DNA of 62,676 nt from Fibrobacteria bacterium (lineage in GTDB: Bacteria; Fibrobacterota; Fibrobacteria; UBA11236). The stretch spans positions 1 to 62,676 of the forward strand of contig JAYTSD010000002.1 of the NCBI GenBank assembly GCA_043745805.1, read 5' to 3'. Position 1 is the first letter of the stretch, and the number at the start of each line of letters is the position of its first letter. The notes beneath the pieces were generated by a model. The model saw only the letters and a list, made by a program, of their open reading frames with translations, made no database searches and was not told where the DNA came from. Below are positions 29,187 through 40,019 of this stretch, piece by piece. The position numbers and the translations under genes are program-made.

Positions 29187-29830
29187 TTAATTATTGCGGG
29201 CATAATTGACGATTTGTAAGCGACTGCTTAAGACTAATTTTTTCATAATATTATGCAAATGGCTTTTAACGGTAAAAACTGAGATATTAAGTCTATCAGA
29301 GATTTCTTTATTGCTCAAGCCTTCTACCAATAAAGCAATAATTTCTTCTTCCCGTGGTGTTTTGTGAATCCATCTGGAAAGTTAATTTTTCCTTTTAAGA
29401 GGGAATAATCGATTATTTGATTGAAGAGTGCTCCTGCCATTGAGGAAGGAAAAACGGTCTCCCCACCGGCGACAGCTCGAATAGTTTTGAGTACCTCTTT
29501 CATGCTTGAGTTTTTAAGAATAAAACCATTCGCTCCAGCAAGTATGAAATTCAAAATATCAGTTTGCACGGTCGCAAGACCCATACCAATAATTTTTATT
29601 TCAGGTAAGGTGATTTTTACAGATTGCAATAAATCCAATCTTTTTTGGTTACTTAAACTGAGATCCATTAGTACAATATTTGGTTTTACTTCCAAAGTTT
29701 TGGATACGGGATTATCCGAAATATAAGAGACGCCAGCTAATTGAAGGTCTTCGTGTTCATTTATTATATCAGTAATGCCTTCTCGCAATATACGATTATC
29801 CTCAATAAGATGTATTCGGATACTCGCCAA
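29187..29830 (-). pseudogene. NarL/LuxR-family response regulator with a 1-nt frameshift near 29362
   Basis: Receiver in ORF 29324..29830; HTH TPREEEIIALLVEGLSNKEISDRLNISVFTVKSHLHNIMKKL in another frame ending TAA at 29187; span 644 nt. Confidence 0.85.
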
Positions 29831-30287
29831 AACTAATCCTTTAATTCGACTTCTATTTTTTTGTTTGTTATCATTACTTTATAAACCTAACAGTTTTTAT
29901 AATTAATATTTATGTAACCTTAGGGATACCTACCTGCTTACAGTTTCAAGGATGTACAAACATTTTCTCAGGTAAAGAATAATCCAAAAGGATGAGAAAA
30001 GGCTTAATTCTTCAAAAGGTATACTTAGTTATTTTCATTGGATTGGTAGATCGTCCCTGAAGCTAAAAAGTATAAATATATGGGCGCGACTGCGATAAAA
30101 GTTACTTTTGGTTAATAGTCGATTAATCACCTTATCACCTCTAGTATAAATTGAAGCCAATATTAAAAAGGCTGAAGATTTGGTCGCTATTCAATATTGA
30201 TATTTTAGCTGTACATGATTATACGTGAAATAAAAGTCAGTATTGACTTTTCTTAATTTCACTATTTCCATATTGTACGAGTGTAAG

Positions 30288-31178
30288 TTAGAGGGTCTTT
30301 TGGGAACCGTGTTCAGTCGCATAAACATGGGTGAATTCGGCTCCTAAAAATAGAATTTGTGTCGAGTAATAAATCCAAATTAAGATGATTACTAATGATC
30401 CAGCGGCACCATAAGTAGAACTGATACCGCTATGTCCCAAGTATAATCCAATTAAAAATCGACCTAGAGAAAAAAGCAAAGACGTAACTATCGCGCCTAC
30501 CCAAACATCACTCCATTTGATGCGTGTATCAGGAAGAATTTTGAATATCAGGGCAAATAATAAAGTTGTAATGCCAAAGGAGATTAATAAAGTAATGATC
30601 TGTAGCATAATATTTAAAGCTTGCGATAGGCCGATTAGCCAATGTCCAAAGGCAGCTAGAGCTGCGCTTAGGACTAAGGATACCAGTAAGAGAAAACCAA
30701 TGCCTAAAACCATTGAAAACGATAAGAATCGATTTTTAATATAGGTGGCAATTCCTTTTCCCGGCTTAGGTTTCACATCCCAAATAGTATTTAATGCGGT
30801 TTGTAATTCCCCAAAAACTCCGGATGCACCGAAAAGTAAAGTGATGATGCCAATCAAAGTCACTAATATATTGGTACTGGGTTTTCGTGAGTTTTGAATC
30901 ATAGATTGAATTGTATCTGCGCCCTCTTTACCAACGAGCCCTTGAATTTGATAAGCAATTTCATTTTGGGCCGCATCATGTCCCCAAAAAAATCCGGCAA
31001 CAGCGATGGAAATTAAAAGTAAAGGGGCAATAGAAAAAATAGTGTAATAGGCTAAAGCGGCGGCAAGTCTTTGTGCCTCATCGTCGCTCCAAGCTTTGAA
31101 AGTAAGGTTTATTAGATTAATAAGGTATCTTATGAATGGCTTACCTTTTTTAAATTCATTTTTAATTCTGGAATTCAT
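30288..31178 (-). CDS. YihY/virulence factor BrkB family membrane protein
   Basis: AAALAYYTIFSIAP, ALNTIW, YGAAGSL..WIYYS. Confidence 0.93.
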   Translation of the reverse strand: MNSRIKNEFKKGKPFIRYLINLINLTFKAWSDDEAQRLAAALAYYTIFSIAPLLLISIAVAGFFWGHDAAQNEIAYQIQGLVGKEGADTIQSMIQNSRKPSTNILVTLIGIITLLFGASGVFGELQTALNTIWDVKPKPGKGIATYIKNRFLSFSMVLGIGFLLLVSLVLSAALAAFGHWLIGLSQALNIMLQIITLLISFGITTLLFALIFKILPDTRIKWSDVWVGAIVTSLLFSLGRFLIGLYLGHSGISSTYGAAGSLVIILIWIYYSTQILFLGAEFTHVYATEHGSQKTL

Positions 31179-31819
31179 TCCGGAAATTCGAATGTTAAAC
31201 CTGCCATTAATTTAATATCTCTAGACATCCAATTGTCCAATGCTTTAGAGTTTTTATTAATAATATTGGTAAATCCATGGGAATAACGTGCATCCGCAGA
31301 AGCATGTATATGCGGGGCAATACTAAAAGATAAGCCAGCACCAACGTCTCCCATGATGTCCATATTATCAATGTCATCTTTAGCATTCCATGTTGCCGTA
31401 AAAATCCCAGCACTTGCGGTTCCTTCTGCACTTAAATTAAAACCAAAATTGGGACCTGCAAATAAGAAAAAATAAATATCTGGAGTTCCAAATTTAGCTT
31501 TTAATAATACGGGAATTTGGAAATAGGTGAATTCACCTTTGCCACTGAAATCCGCAAACGTTGCTCCATTCTTGACATAAGTGGGTTCTAATAAAAGACT
31601 AAATGGAGTATTAACACCAAGCTCGATCAATCCACCTAAGGAAAAACCGGTTAAACTATTTGTGTTAACTTTTTTACCGATACCGTCCTTAATGGTGGCA
31701 TTGGCGAAATTGACACCTCCTTTTACACCTAAACCCATGGACATATTAGCGGATCCGATTTTAGGTAACATTAAAATACCTAGAGCAAGTAATGCAAAAA
31801 AATTTCTTAAATGAAGCAT
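31175..31819 (-). CDS. Outer-membrane beta-barrel (porin family) protein
   Basis: Signal peptide, GVKGGVNFA, YFQIPVLLK, DARYSHG. Confidence 0.85.
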   Translation of the reverse strand: MLHLRNFFALLALGILMLPKIGSANMSMGLGVKGGVNFANATIKDGIGKKVNTNSLTGFSLGGLIELGVNTPFSLLLEPTYVKNGATFADFSGKGEFTYFQIPVLLKAKFGTPDIYFFLFAGPNFGFNLSAEGTASAGIFTATWNAKDDIDNMDIMGDVGAGLSFSIAPHIHASADARYSHGFTNIINKNSKALDNWMSRDIKLMAGLTFEFPE

Positions 31820-32029
31820 AAATATTCCTTTGTTTTAGAATTATGATTTTAGATCGGAGGCCATTTTTTTTGCGAAGCCTAGTTAAAAGCAATGCAATTT
31901 CAATTCACGATCTATTTCCCATAACAACGATTATTTTTGAATGGGGCGCAACTATTTATTCAAAAATCCTGTTCAAGAATATTATTTGAGGTCATAGTCT
32001 TGCTGAATTTTTATTTCGTAATTTTTGCT

Positions 32030-32599
32030 TTACTCTATCGCAAAGCTGAACTTCACCCAATCAAATTTGTTTATTCGATAAATAAAATTTTTAGTAGCCT
32101 GCTCTTCTCCAAAATAAGCAATATCCTCTTCACCTATTTTAATTGCTCCCAATTTTTCCATAGCCTTTTGCGAACGAATATTATTCGCGCCCACTTGAAA
32201 TGTTACCGTGTCGACAAAAGTAAAAGCATAATTGAGCATTATCACTTTCAAAGCAGGATTAAATTTTGAGCCCCAACAATGACGAACCAAAAAGGTATAT
32301 CCAATTTTGAGGCTTTGGTTTTTTGCATCAAAATCATAATAGCGACAGCTTCCAATTACTTCATTAGTTTTCGCATCAATGATAATGAATGCGCCTTTGG
32401 ACTCTGTAGCACCCGTTAAAAACTTTTCGAAAACGTCTCTTTGATAACGATTTTTAATGGGATGTTGTTCCCATATTAGTGGGTCCGATGCAATTTGATA
32501 AAGCGTTTCAAAATGTTCGGATCTTAGCGGAAGCAATTTGAGAATGTCATTCGCTAAATGTGTGGGTTGCAAATTAGGGGATGGAAAAATTGAAGTCAT
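32030..32599 (-). CDS. GNAT (RimJ/RimL-like) acetyltransferase
   Basis: DPLIWEQHP, IGYTFL..CWG, NIRSQKAMEKLGA. Confidence 0.9.
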   Translation of the reverse strand: MTSIFPSPNLQPTHLANDILKLLPLRSEHFETLYQIASDPLIWEQHPIKNRYQRDVFEKFLTGATESKGAFIIIDAKTNEVIGSCRYYDFDAKNQSLKIGYTFLVRHCWGSKFNPALKVIMLNYAFTFVDTVTFQVGANNIRSQKAMEKLGAIKIGEEDIAYFGEEQATKNFIYRINKFDWVKFSFAIE

Positions 32600-32602
32600 G
32601 AT

Positions 32603-33787
32603 TTACTCACTCTCAGAATCTTCCCCAATTCCTTGTGCCTTACGAATAGAATCCTTCTTCTTATCGCGTTTCGTTTCTTGTGCATGAAACCGTTTTGCTT
32701 GAATAGTCCAAGGTTCGATTTGTGCATAATCGGGATGGCAGGGGAGAGGGGGTGGATATTCTTCTTGAATATTACGCATTTGAATATATTCGCGTGGGCC
32801 AGCAAAGCTGATGCAACGGCCACTACGACCGGCTCTGGCGGTTCGGCCAATACGATGCACATAGTCTTTATAATTTTGCGGTAAATCGTGATTTACAATT
32901 AAAGTCACTTGACTCATATCAAGACCGCGTGCAGCCAAATCGGTGGCGATTAAAATTTTGCATTTACCGGCTTTGAATTCTTGGAAGACGCGCGCTCTTT
33001 GTGATTGATCCAAATGCCCATGCAGTAGCATAGCCGTTACGCCTTTTAATAACAATAAACCATGCAAATGATTGGCTTTTTCTCGATTACGCACAAAGAC
33101 TAAAGTTTGTCCAATATTTTCTGCAAATGCCTGCAATAGCAAAGGCCCTTTTTTCTTATCGGACTTTAAAAAATAAAATAACTCCTCTAAAGCTTTAGGC
33201 CCTACGGTGGCTTCAAAGCGGGGAAGGGCAAAGCCCATAGCTTCAGCCTTACCAAGCTCGGCATCGGTAGCGGAGAATAAAAGTTTTTGAGGAGTTGCGG
33301 GCAATTGTTTTAATATTTCTGCAATTTGTTCTTCAAAACCCATGCCTATGAGTTTGTCGAATTCATCGATCACTAAAATTTTAATATCGCGTAAAAGTTT
33401 GGGTTGATCTTTTAATAAATCAATTAAGCGTCCTGGCGTAGCGAGCATGATACGCCATTCATGATGGCCAAGCTCGCGGGTTTGTTGCCGCTTATCATGT
33501 CCACCTAAAACCAAAATAATTTCATCGCGTAAAGGCTGATGCAAGGCTTGTAACATCTGTGATACCTGATAGGCAAGCTCTCGTGTAGGCAATAAAACTA
33601 AGGCTTTGCTGCTTTTGAGTGGGGAGGCACTCATTTTCCAAAGCGCTAAAGCATAAACCAAGGTTTTGCCCGTGCCGGTAGGCGCTAAAGCAGTAAAACT
33701 TTCGCCGGCTAAAGCCTGCGGAACAGTGAGGCTTTGAATGGGCGTAGGAACTTTAAAGTTCAATGCCGCGATGGCCTTTTGTTGCAC
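32603..33787 (-). CDS. DEAD/DEAH-box RNA helicase (true start probably upstream, up to 33889)
   Basis: PTPIQ, APTGTGKT, PTRELA, TPGRL, DEFD, SAT, ARGLD, HRIGRTAR. Confidence 0.93.
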   Translation of the reverse strand: MQQKAIAALNFKVPTPIQSLTVPQALAGESFTALAPTGTGKTLVYALALWKMSASPLKSSKALVLLPTRELAYQVSQMLQALHQPLRDEIILVLGGHDKRQQTRELGHHEWRIMLATPGRLIDLLKDQPKLLRDIKILVIDEFDKLIGMGFEEQIAEILKQLPATPQKLLFSATDAELGKAEAMGFALPRFEATVGPKALEELFYFLKSDKKKGPLLLQAFAENIGQTLVFVRNREKANHLHGLLLLKGVTAMLLHGHLDQSQRARVFQEFKAGKCKILIATDLAARGLDMSQVTLIVNHDLPQNYKDYVHRIGRTARAGRSGRCISFAGPREYIQMRNIQEEYPPPLPCHPDYAQIEPWTIQAKRFHAQETKRDKKKDSIRKAQGIGEDSESE

Positions 33788-33885
33788 AGGGGATAAAAAA
33801 CCCCAAGATGCGCTAGCAGGATCAGTAACATTTGTAGCGTCAGCTGGATCGGACTGATCGGACGGTTCAGAAGGAATCAGGGCGT

Positions 33886-34938
33886 TCAGGTTGCAGCTCG
33901 ATGAATATATTTACTCGCTAAAGCATGGATAGCCTTGGTATCACGCACCACTTGCGCTAGTACATCGGGAGTAATAGCTTGTTTAGGATCATCACCTACA
34001 CCTTTTTTCGGTTGGCAATGCGTTTCCACCACCACGCCATCAGCGCCATAAGCAGCAGCTGCTAAACAAGCATTAGGAACATAAACGGCCTTGCCCACAC
34101 TATGCGACGGATCGACAATCACCGGAGCCCAAGTTTTTTCTTTGAGTAAAACAGTAATGCTTTCATCGGGATGATTGCGAAAGCCTTCGAGTGGAGGCAT
34201 AGTGCCGCGAGGACATAAAATAACATTGGGGTTACCCTGGGCCACAATATATTCCGCCGCCAAAATAAATTCGGATACCGGACCCATGTGCATAGCTCGT
34301 TTAAGTAGTACACGCGTTGAAGTATTTTTGGTGAGTTCACCCACTTGTTGTAGTAAGCGATAATTAAGCCCACTGCGCGCACCAATTTGCAAGGAATCCA
34401 CGCCGGCTTCTACACAAAGTTTTAATTGATCAAAATCCATGACTTCGGTATTGATTTGCAAACCCGTTTTAGCGCGTGCGTCCAATAAAATTTGTAAGCT
34501 GCGCGCATCGCCTTGAAAAGAATGGGGAGAGGTTCGAGGCTTCCAAACTCCACCACGTAACATATCGGCCCCTGCTTCTTTTACCGCATGGGCGGTTTCC
34601 AAAAAGTAATTGGGATTCAAGGGATCAATCGTGCAATGGCCAGCAATCACGGCAAACTCTTTGCCTAAAATTTTATTTCCCACTTTGACTTGATGCTGTG
34701 CCAATTTACTATCACGGGACATGAGTTTAAAAGGAACTTGAATGCGATCGATACGATCAATATAAGGTAAACCTTCAATGCGATTAATTAAGTCTTGCGA
34801 GGTTTCATCGCCAAGAATGGCATAAATGGAACGTTCATGACCGTGAATGGGTTGGATTTTAACATTAAGTGCTTCGGCGATTTCTTCTAATTCGCGAAAT
34901 TCAGCTTCACTTAATCGTGGTGCAAGGGGAATAATCAT
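33886..34938 (-). CDS. aroF: DAHP synthase, class I-beta with N-terminal regulatory domain
   Basis: IAGHC, RGGVWKPRTSP, QIGAR, LLKR, DPSHSVG. Confidence 0.88.
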   Translation of the reverse strand: MIIPLAPRLSEAEFRELEEIAEALNVKIQPIHGHERSIYAILGDETSQDLINRIEGLPYIDRIDRIQVPFKLMSRDSKLAQHQVKVGNKILGKEFAVIAGHCTIDPLNPNYFLETAHAVKEAGADMLRGGVWKPRTSPHSFQGDARSLQILLDARAKTGLQINTEVMDFDQLKLCVEAGVDSLQIGARSGLNYRLLQQVGELTKNTSTRVLLKRAMHMGPVSEFILAAEYIVAQGNPNVILCPRGTMPPLEGFRNHPDESITVLLKEKTWAPVIVDPSHSVGKAVYVPNACLAAAAYGADGVVVETHCQPKKGVGDDPKQAITPDVLAQVVRDTKAIHALASKYIHRAAT

Positions 34939-35095
34939 ATTTTTAACCTACATGTTTTTGAGCGCCAACCTGCCTAGGTTAGCGAGGCATACAAAGCTAC
35001 TTAAAATGAAATAAATTCCAAAATCAAAAAGCTTCAAGCCTCGCGTTTCCGCTGGTTTTTTGCATATTTATGGCTTGTTGAGAGGAGATTAAGTA

Positions 35096-37279
35096 GTGGC
35101 AATCAGCATTGACGAAACTCAAGATTTAATTGCTCGCTCGGTACTCCAATCCAAATCATCCTTGCCTTCTCATAAAACCCTTGATCCGCGTGAAGTGGGG
35201 ATGGCCACCGGCCCTCGATTTAGGGCGCGTTCCATAAACCGAGTACGGCAACAGCTGGATTATCTGGAACGTAGCACCGACACGGATGAGTGGCAAAAAC
35301 TAGACGACGATATTTACAAGTTTGTGCATAGTCGACATAAGCAATTGCAAGGGATGATTAACCCTTTATCGCATCAATTTATTTTTGAAGTAGAAAATCA
35401 ATTATTGCGCGAAGCGAATGATTATGAAATTGGAAATTTTTTAGCTCTAGTGCGATTAGCCGCGGATTTAGATGAAACGCGAGCCACTTTTATTACTGCT
35501 TCGGAAAAACAATGTTTGCATATTTTTTTGCGTCGCTTAAAGCAAAATACCGATGAAAATTTTGATCCCGAAAGCGTAAAGCATTTTGAAACTTTGTTAA
35601 AATCGGGCCAACCAGAAATTTTACGTAGCCTTACGGATTTAATCCGCCTAGTAGCAAGGGCCGCTCATTTACCGCTATTAGGTAATATGCATGATACCCC
35701 AGTGAGCGGATTAATTTTGCTTTTACAAGTTATCGATTTGTCATTACTTAATGAAGTAGGACAGAAGCAAAATAAAGACTATTTTCAAATTAGTCCTTTG
35801 GATGTTTTTTTGGCTGCGCGCGCTGTCCTTTCCAATCGCAGTGTGGATAATCCTACCTTACCTTTATTAAGTGATTTGGTATTAAGGAAAAACGGTTTAT
35901 ATCATGACGATTTGCAGGAGTGGTTGAAATCACTTTATGCTCGTGATACAGGAGAGAAAACCATAACCTTACCCGCGGATTTGCGCGAAGAGGTTTTTCA
36001 TTTAAAAAGTGGATCTTATTTAGCCCTAGATATGGTGGCCATCGGAGCAGAACGGCTCTTTGCAGCGCGGGCCAATAATCAAATCCAAAAAGGATTAGGA
36101 ACGCTTTCCGATGCCTTAATGTTCAAAGTGCAAAAACAAGACGGACATAAAGACGGCCAAATACAAAATTTATTACTGAATTTTAATACTCTTTTGGCAG
36201 GTGAACGTCGCTCCGCAAAACGGGTACATGCCGAACGTCAGCGGTATGATTATTTAGCCAATATTAAAAAAGCAAATTCATTGGTACGCGAAATTCATGC
36301 GGAAAGAACCGGCGAATTTGCTATTCCTAAAATATCCGCAGCGAAACATAATCTAGTTGAAGCAGAGGACGCGACAGAAAAAATAATCGTTGCCGAATCG
36401 CAACCTTTATTGCCCGAATGGGATAGCTTGGTCAATCAAATTCGCAAAAAATTAAGTTCCAAATCACTGGTGCTTAAAGAATTGATTTCTCAAATTGGCA
36501 AAGCGCGCGCCTTAGATACTTGTTTGTTACAGGGGTTAACTCCTGGGGGAAGTCGTGCTATTAGTCGTTTTATTCGCTTGCTACAAAGCCAAGAAACAAG
36601 GATAGTTTTAGGTTTAAACGATAAATTATGGTTGGAACTAGAAAACGCTTTAGGCACGCGCCATTCTTCTTTTTGGGCCTCCTTAGATTCCTTATTGTAT
36701 GTGTTATATGATTTTCGTCATAACTTGGAGCAACTAAATTTTAGACCTAGTGATAGAGGTTTGCACGAGCAAAATGAAGCTTTTGATAAAACCGTATTGG
36801 CCTTAATTATTCAATCCATATGGTTGGGACGCCTCGATCAGGATCCCTTAGAGCAAAGCAATCCTTTTCATGGCTACTGTGCTTTTTTGCAGACCTGCAC
36901 GCAAAAATTAGGATCCACTTCTTGGGAGAATTTAGATTCCAGTATGCGTATATTAATGCAATTGAAAAAAGATTGGATGCCGGATATTCAAAATAATTTA
37001 AACCAAATCAGTCATTATTTTTTTAAAGAAAATTTGATTGTACCTTCTTTATCACGTGGTGATATGCGTATAGGCTGGGAAAAAGGTTGTGAACGAGGAT
37101 TGATGGAAGAAATTCGCTTAGCCGGAAAAAATGAAACCAGCACCGAAGAATGGGCTCAATTACAAATACTATTACCCCAAACGCAAATAGCTTTAAATAA
37201 GTTAACCGCAAGGCTCGGCGAAATTAAAGCAGGGCTTTGCCAAATTCGATTGCAGCAAATTTTTGCGGAACTCGCTTAA
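35096..37279 (+). CDS. Large helical hypothetical protein
   Basis: 727 aa ORF, GAGGAG RBS before GTG, Leu-rich, no recognised motif. Confidence 0.8.
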   Translation: MAISIDETQDLIARSVLQSKSSLPSHKTLDPREVGMATGPRFRARSINRVRQQLDYLERSTDTDEWQKLDDDIYKFVHSRHKQLQGMINPLSHQFIFEVENQLLREANDYEIGNFLALVRLAADLDETRATFITASEKQCLHIFLRRLKQNTDENFDPESVKHFETLLKSGQPEILRSLTDLIRLVARAAHLPLLGNMHDTPVSGLILLLQVIDLSLLNEVGQKQNKDYFQISPLDVFLAARAVLSNRSVDNPTLPLLSDLVLRKNGLYHDDLQEWLKSLYARDTGEKTITLPADLREEVFHLKSGSYLALDMVAIGAERLFAARANNQIQKGLGTLSDALMFKVQKQDGHKDGQIQNLLLNFNTLLAGERRSAKRVHAERQRYDYLANIKKANSLVREIHAERTGEFAIPKISAAKHNLVEAEDATEKIIVAESQPLLPEWDSLVNQIRKKLSSKSLVLKELISQIGKARALDTCLLQGLTPGGSRAISRFIRLLQSQETRIVLGLNDKLWLELENALGTRHSSFWASLDSLLYVLYDFRHNLEQLNFRPSDRGLHEQNEAFDKTVLALIIQSIWLGRLDQDPLEQSNPFHGYCAFLQTCTQKLGSTSWENLDSSMRILMQLKKDWMPDIQNNLNQISHYFFKENLIVPSLSRGDMRIGWEKGCERGLMEEIRLAGKNETSTEEWAQLQILLPQTQIALNKLTARLGEIKAGLCQIRLQQIFAELA

Positions 37280-39013
37280 ATGAAGCTTTACCATTTTATT
37301 TTTTTCTGTCTGGGGAGTTTATTAATAAATAGCGTTTGGGGTATTTCTTGTGGCACACCAGCGCTTTTGCAAAGTTCTTTAATGGGTAAAGGACAGTCCT
37401 TTTCCGCACGACAAACCAGTTCCACGCTTAGGGCCCGTATTTTAGAAGATTCCAATTTTATAATTCAATATAATGTGCATGGAATACATCAGGTAAAATG
37501 GGTTGCAGGTGATGAACCCTTGCACCTATTAGTGGATTCCCTCTATGCAGCCCTTCCCAAACCAACTCCCATAAATAATACGGATTCCTTAGTCTTTGCA
37601 CAATTGGATAAACGCAATGCACCGCATCCGATATATGTAACTACTATGTTACAGTACTTTAAACAGGCCTATGCTTATTATGTGGGCCATTTGGGTATGC
37701 CCAAACCGGAAGCTAGGATATCAAGTCAATTTTACTTTCGTGGCTTAAATCCTTTAAGAAAATTCCCAGTAGATATTGCGGATTTAAAAAATACCCCTTT
37801 CGTTGATCCCCGATTTGACACCTATGGGGTAACCATTCCACCTGACAAAGGTTCAGGAATGCTTTTAGAGAATGATTTTTTAGTGAATACTAAAATTGAT
37901 GTGAATGGTGAGATCACGGGAAAACATCTTACCAGCAGTATTCCTAATGGCCCGCTTATCCATGATTATGCGAATGAATGGTCTTTGGGATTAAAGGTCA
38001 CTTGTTTTCATGAATTCTACCATGCGGTTCAATTCGCTTATTTTGATCCCAACCAAATTAATATTTGGTATGAAACGAGCGCTGTAGGTATGGAGGAACG
38101 CAATGCCCCAGAAGTGAATGATTATTGGCAATACTTTCCTGATCTCTATTTAAAGCTCTCTACAAGTATGTTTAGCTATGAGCCTGAATCATTAGAAACT
38201 TATGGTAATGCCGCTTTTTATTTGCATTTGACGCAGGAATTAGGCGAAGATTTTGATTTAACGATTTGGTCAACTTTAAAACAAAATGGCGGAGATTTAA
38301 AAGCCGCCTTGCAACAAGTTTTTAAGGATAAAAACAAAAATTTTGAAGGGGTATATAGCCAGTATGCGGCTCAGTTTCTTTTTACCGGCGGAAATTTTAA
38401 TAATCCACTTACACCTATTTCTCCCGATATGGTAGGTTGGCAAGCCTTCAATTATTTTACCGAAATAAATTTATCCTCCTTTAATCCTACCAAAACAATT
38501 TCCCTTCCTCCTCTTAGCATGACTTATTTAAAAGTCACGGAAGCCAATTCCGTGCGACGCAATTTTTTAGATTTATCTGGCGCCTCAAAAAATGCAATTA
38601 TTTTAAAGCCGAATATTCTGAAAAGTTCTGCTGATTTTTTTTCCCAAGCGTCCTTGGGATTGGAAAATACGGTCAATAATACGCCCTATTATATTTGCTT
38701 AGCGAATGCTTCAATGGATTCCACCTTAAAAGCAACTTTCCATCAAATTGCCTTAAAACATGACACCTTACTTTATGCTTTTCCAAATCCAGCTTCGGTT
38801 AAAATCAAAGAGGTTAATTTTGCCATCCTGCCGCAAGCCGCTGCTATTGAAATATTAAATGAAGCAGGGAATAAGATTAAAGATTTACAGTTTGAAGCGA
38901 ACACCTTAGTTTGGGCTTGGAATTTGACGGATAATAAGGGGAAGGTAGTGAGGCCGGGAACGTATTTTTACCGCAGTAATGGCAGCTCTTGGAAACCCTT
39001 ACTGCTTTACTGA
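37280..39013 (+). CDS. Secreted putative zinc metallopeptidase with FlgD/T9SS-like C-terminal domain
   Basis: Signal peptide, SCGTP, HEFYHAVQ + WYETSA, C-terminal AFPNP...WNLTDNKGKVVRPGTYF. Confidence 0.75.
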   Translation: MKLYHFIFFCLGSLLINSVWGISCGTPALLQSSLMGKGQSFSARQTSSTLRARILEDSNFIIQYNVHGIHQVKWVAGDEPLHLLVDSLYAALPKPTPINNTDSLVFAQLDKRNAPHPIYVTTMLQYFKQAYAYYVGHLGMPKPEARISSQFYFRGLNPLRKFPVDIADLKNTPFVDPRFDTYGVTIPPDKGSGMLLENDFLVNTKIDVNGEITGKHLTSSIPNGPLIHDYANEWSLGLKVTCFHEFYHAVQFAYFDPNQINIWYETSAVGMEERNAPEVNDYWQYFPDLYLKLSTSMFSYEPESLETYGNAAFYLHLTQELGEDFDLTIWSTLKQNGGDLKAALQQVFKDKNKNFEGVYSQYAAQFLFTGGNFNNPLTPISPDMVGWQAFNYFTEINLSSFNPTKTISLPPLSMTYLKVTEANSVRRNFLDLSGASKNAIILKPNILKSSADFFSQASLGLENTVNNTPYYICLANASMDSTLKATFHQIALKHDTLLYAFPNPASVKIKEVNFAILPQAAAIEILNEAGNKIKDLQFEANTLVWAWNLTDNKGKVVRPGTYFYRSNGSSWKPLLLY

Positions 39014-39189
39014 CGTGGGCAGGTTGCCGCCAAAAAAAGCACCTGTTCTCTAATGGCATGCAAATTTTGTTGCAAAGTGCTTTCTCCATATCGGCAATTT
39101 CCAGCAATGATGGCACCCTGTAAATGCTCCAAGACATTAAGGCTCAAAGCAAAAATTTCTTCACTCTTATGCGATTTCGGCTTTCTCAT
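39007..39189 (-). CDS. Possible small protein (60 aa)
   Basis: MRKPKSHKSEEIFALSL... fills the gap, amphipathic; no family recognised. Confidence 0.3.
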   Translation of the reverse strand: MRKPKSHKSEEIFALSLNVLEHLQGAIIAGNCRYGESTLQQNLHAIREQVLFLAATCPRQ

Positions 39190-39323
39190 AGACAAACAAA
39201 ACTGTATCATATTGATAAAACTTTAGACTATAAGAATGTGATATCTTTATTCTCAAATTTCCCAAGAATGAAAAATATTTTTGTGTTTTTAAAACAGTTT
39301 GAAAAATACACAGAGAGTATGGC

Positions 39324-40019
39324 ATGAGGCTAAAAATTAAAGCCTTGCGAAAGGACTTTCCTTATGTGTTTTTTATCTTCGGAGTAATATTTTTTTCAGG
39401 TTGTCGATCGGAAATTGAAAGAGCGAAAGCCTGCTATCGCTTGGGTGATTTTCCTCGGGCACAGCTCCTTTTTGATAAAGCGATTGAAGAAAACCCACAA
39501 TCCTTCGAAGCACGTTATGGATATGCGCTTTCTTTGCAAGAATTGGCTTTGCATAAAAAAGAACGTGGTGAAGATTTAGTTACGGACTGGCGTGAAGTGG
39601 CTGCGGCATATGAGTTTTGTTCTAAATTAGGAAAAATAAAATCATTAAGTGAAAATTATTCATTTGCATTATTTCACTATGCACACAAACTTTATCTCGA
39701 AAATGATCTATCCTCCTCGCTTTTTGTGTTAGAAAAAGCCAGGAGGATAGATCCACGTAATACTTTCTGTTTAAATTTAAGTGGTGTTTTACAATTTGCC
39801 TTGGGCAAATATGGGGACGCAGAAACCACTTTTGAAATTTTATTGGCTTTGGATCCGAAATTTGAAACAGCTTATCTTAATTTGGGCAATGTGTTTTGGG
39901 AAGATAATCAAGAAGATGCGGCTATGGTAACTTGGCAGCAAGGACTAGAACGTAACCCCAATGATACCGCGCTTGTTTCCCGTTTGCAGAGTGCCGTGAC
40001 TGCAACGACAGGCTTTTGA
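39324..40019 (+). CDS. TPR-repeat lipoprotein
   Basis: Lipobox FSGC; TPR patterns such as AYLNLGNVF. Confidence 0.85.
   Translation: MRLKIKALRKDFPYVFFIFGVIFFSGCRSEIERAKACYRLGDFPRAQLLFDKAIEENPQSFEARYGYALSLQELALHKKERGEDLVTDWREVAAAYEFCSKLGKIKSLSENYSFALFHYAHKLYLENDLSSSLFVLEKARRIDPRNTFCLNLSGVLQFALGKYGDAETTFEILLALDPKFETAYLNLGNVFWEDNQEDAAMVTWQQGLERNPNDTALVSRLQSAVTATTGF

Noticed and set aside
29831-30287. 457-bp intergenic region as possible sRNA or riboswitch
   Set aside because: AT-rich with no convincing conserved structure by eye
39124-39327. ORF 39124..39327 overlapping the TPR gene start
   Set aside because: AT-rich, promoter-like composition and conflicts with an opposite-strand ORF
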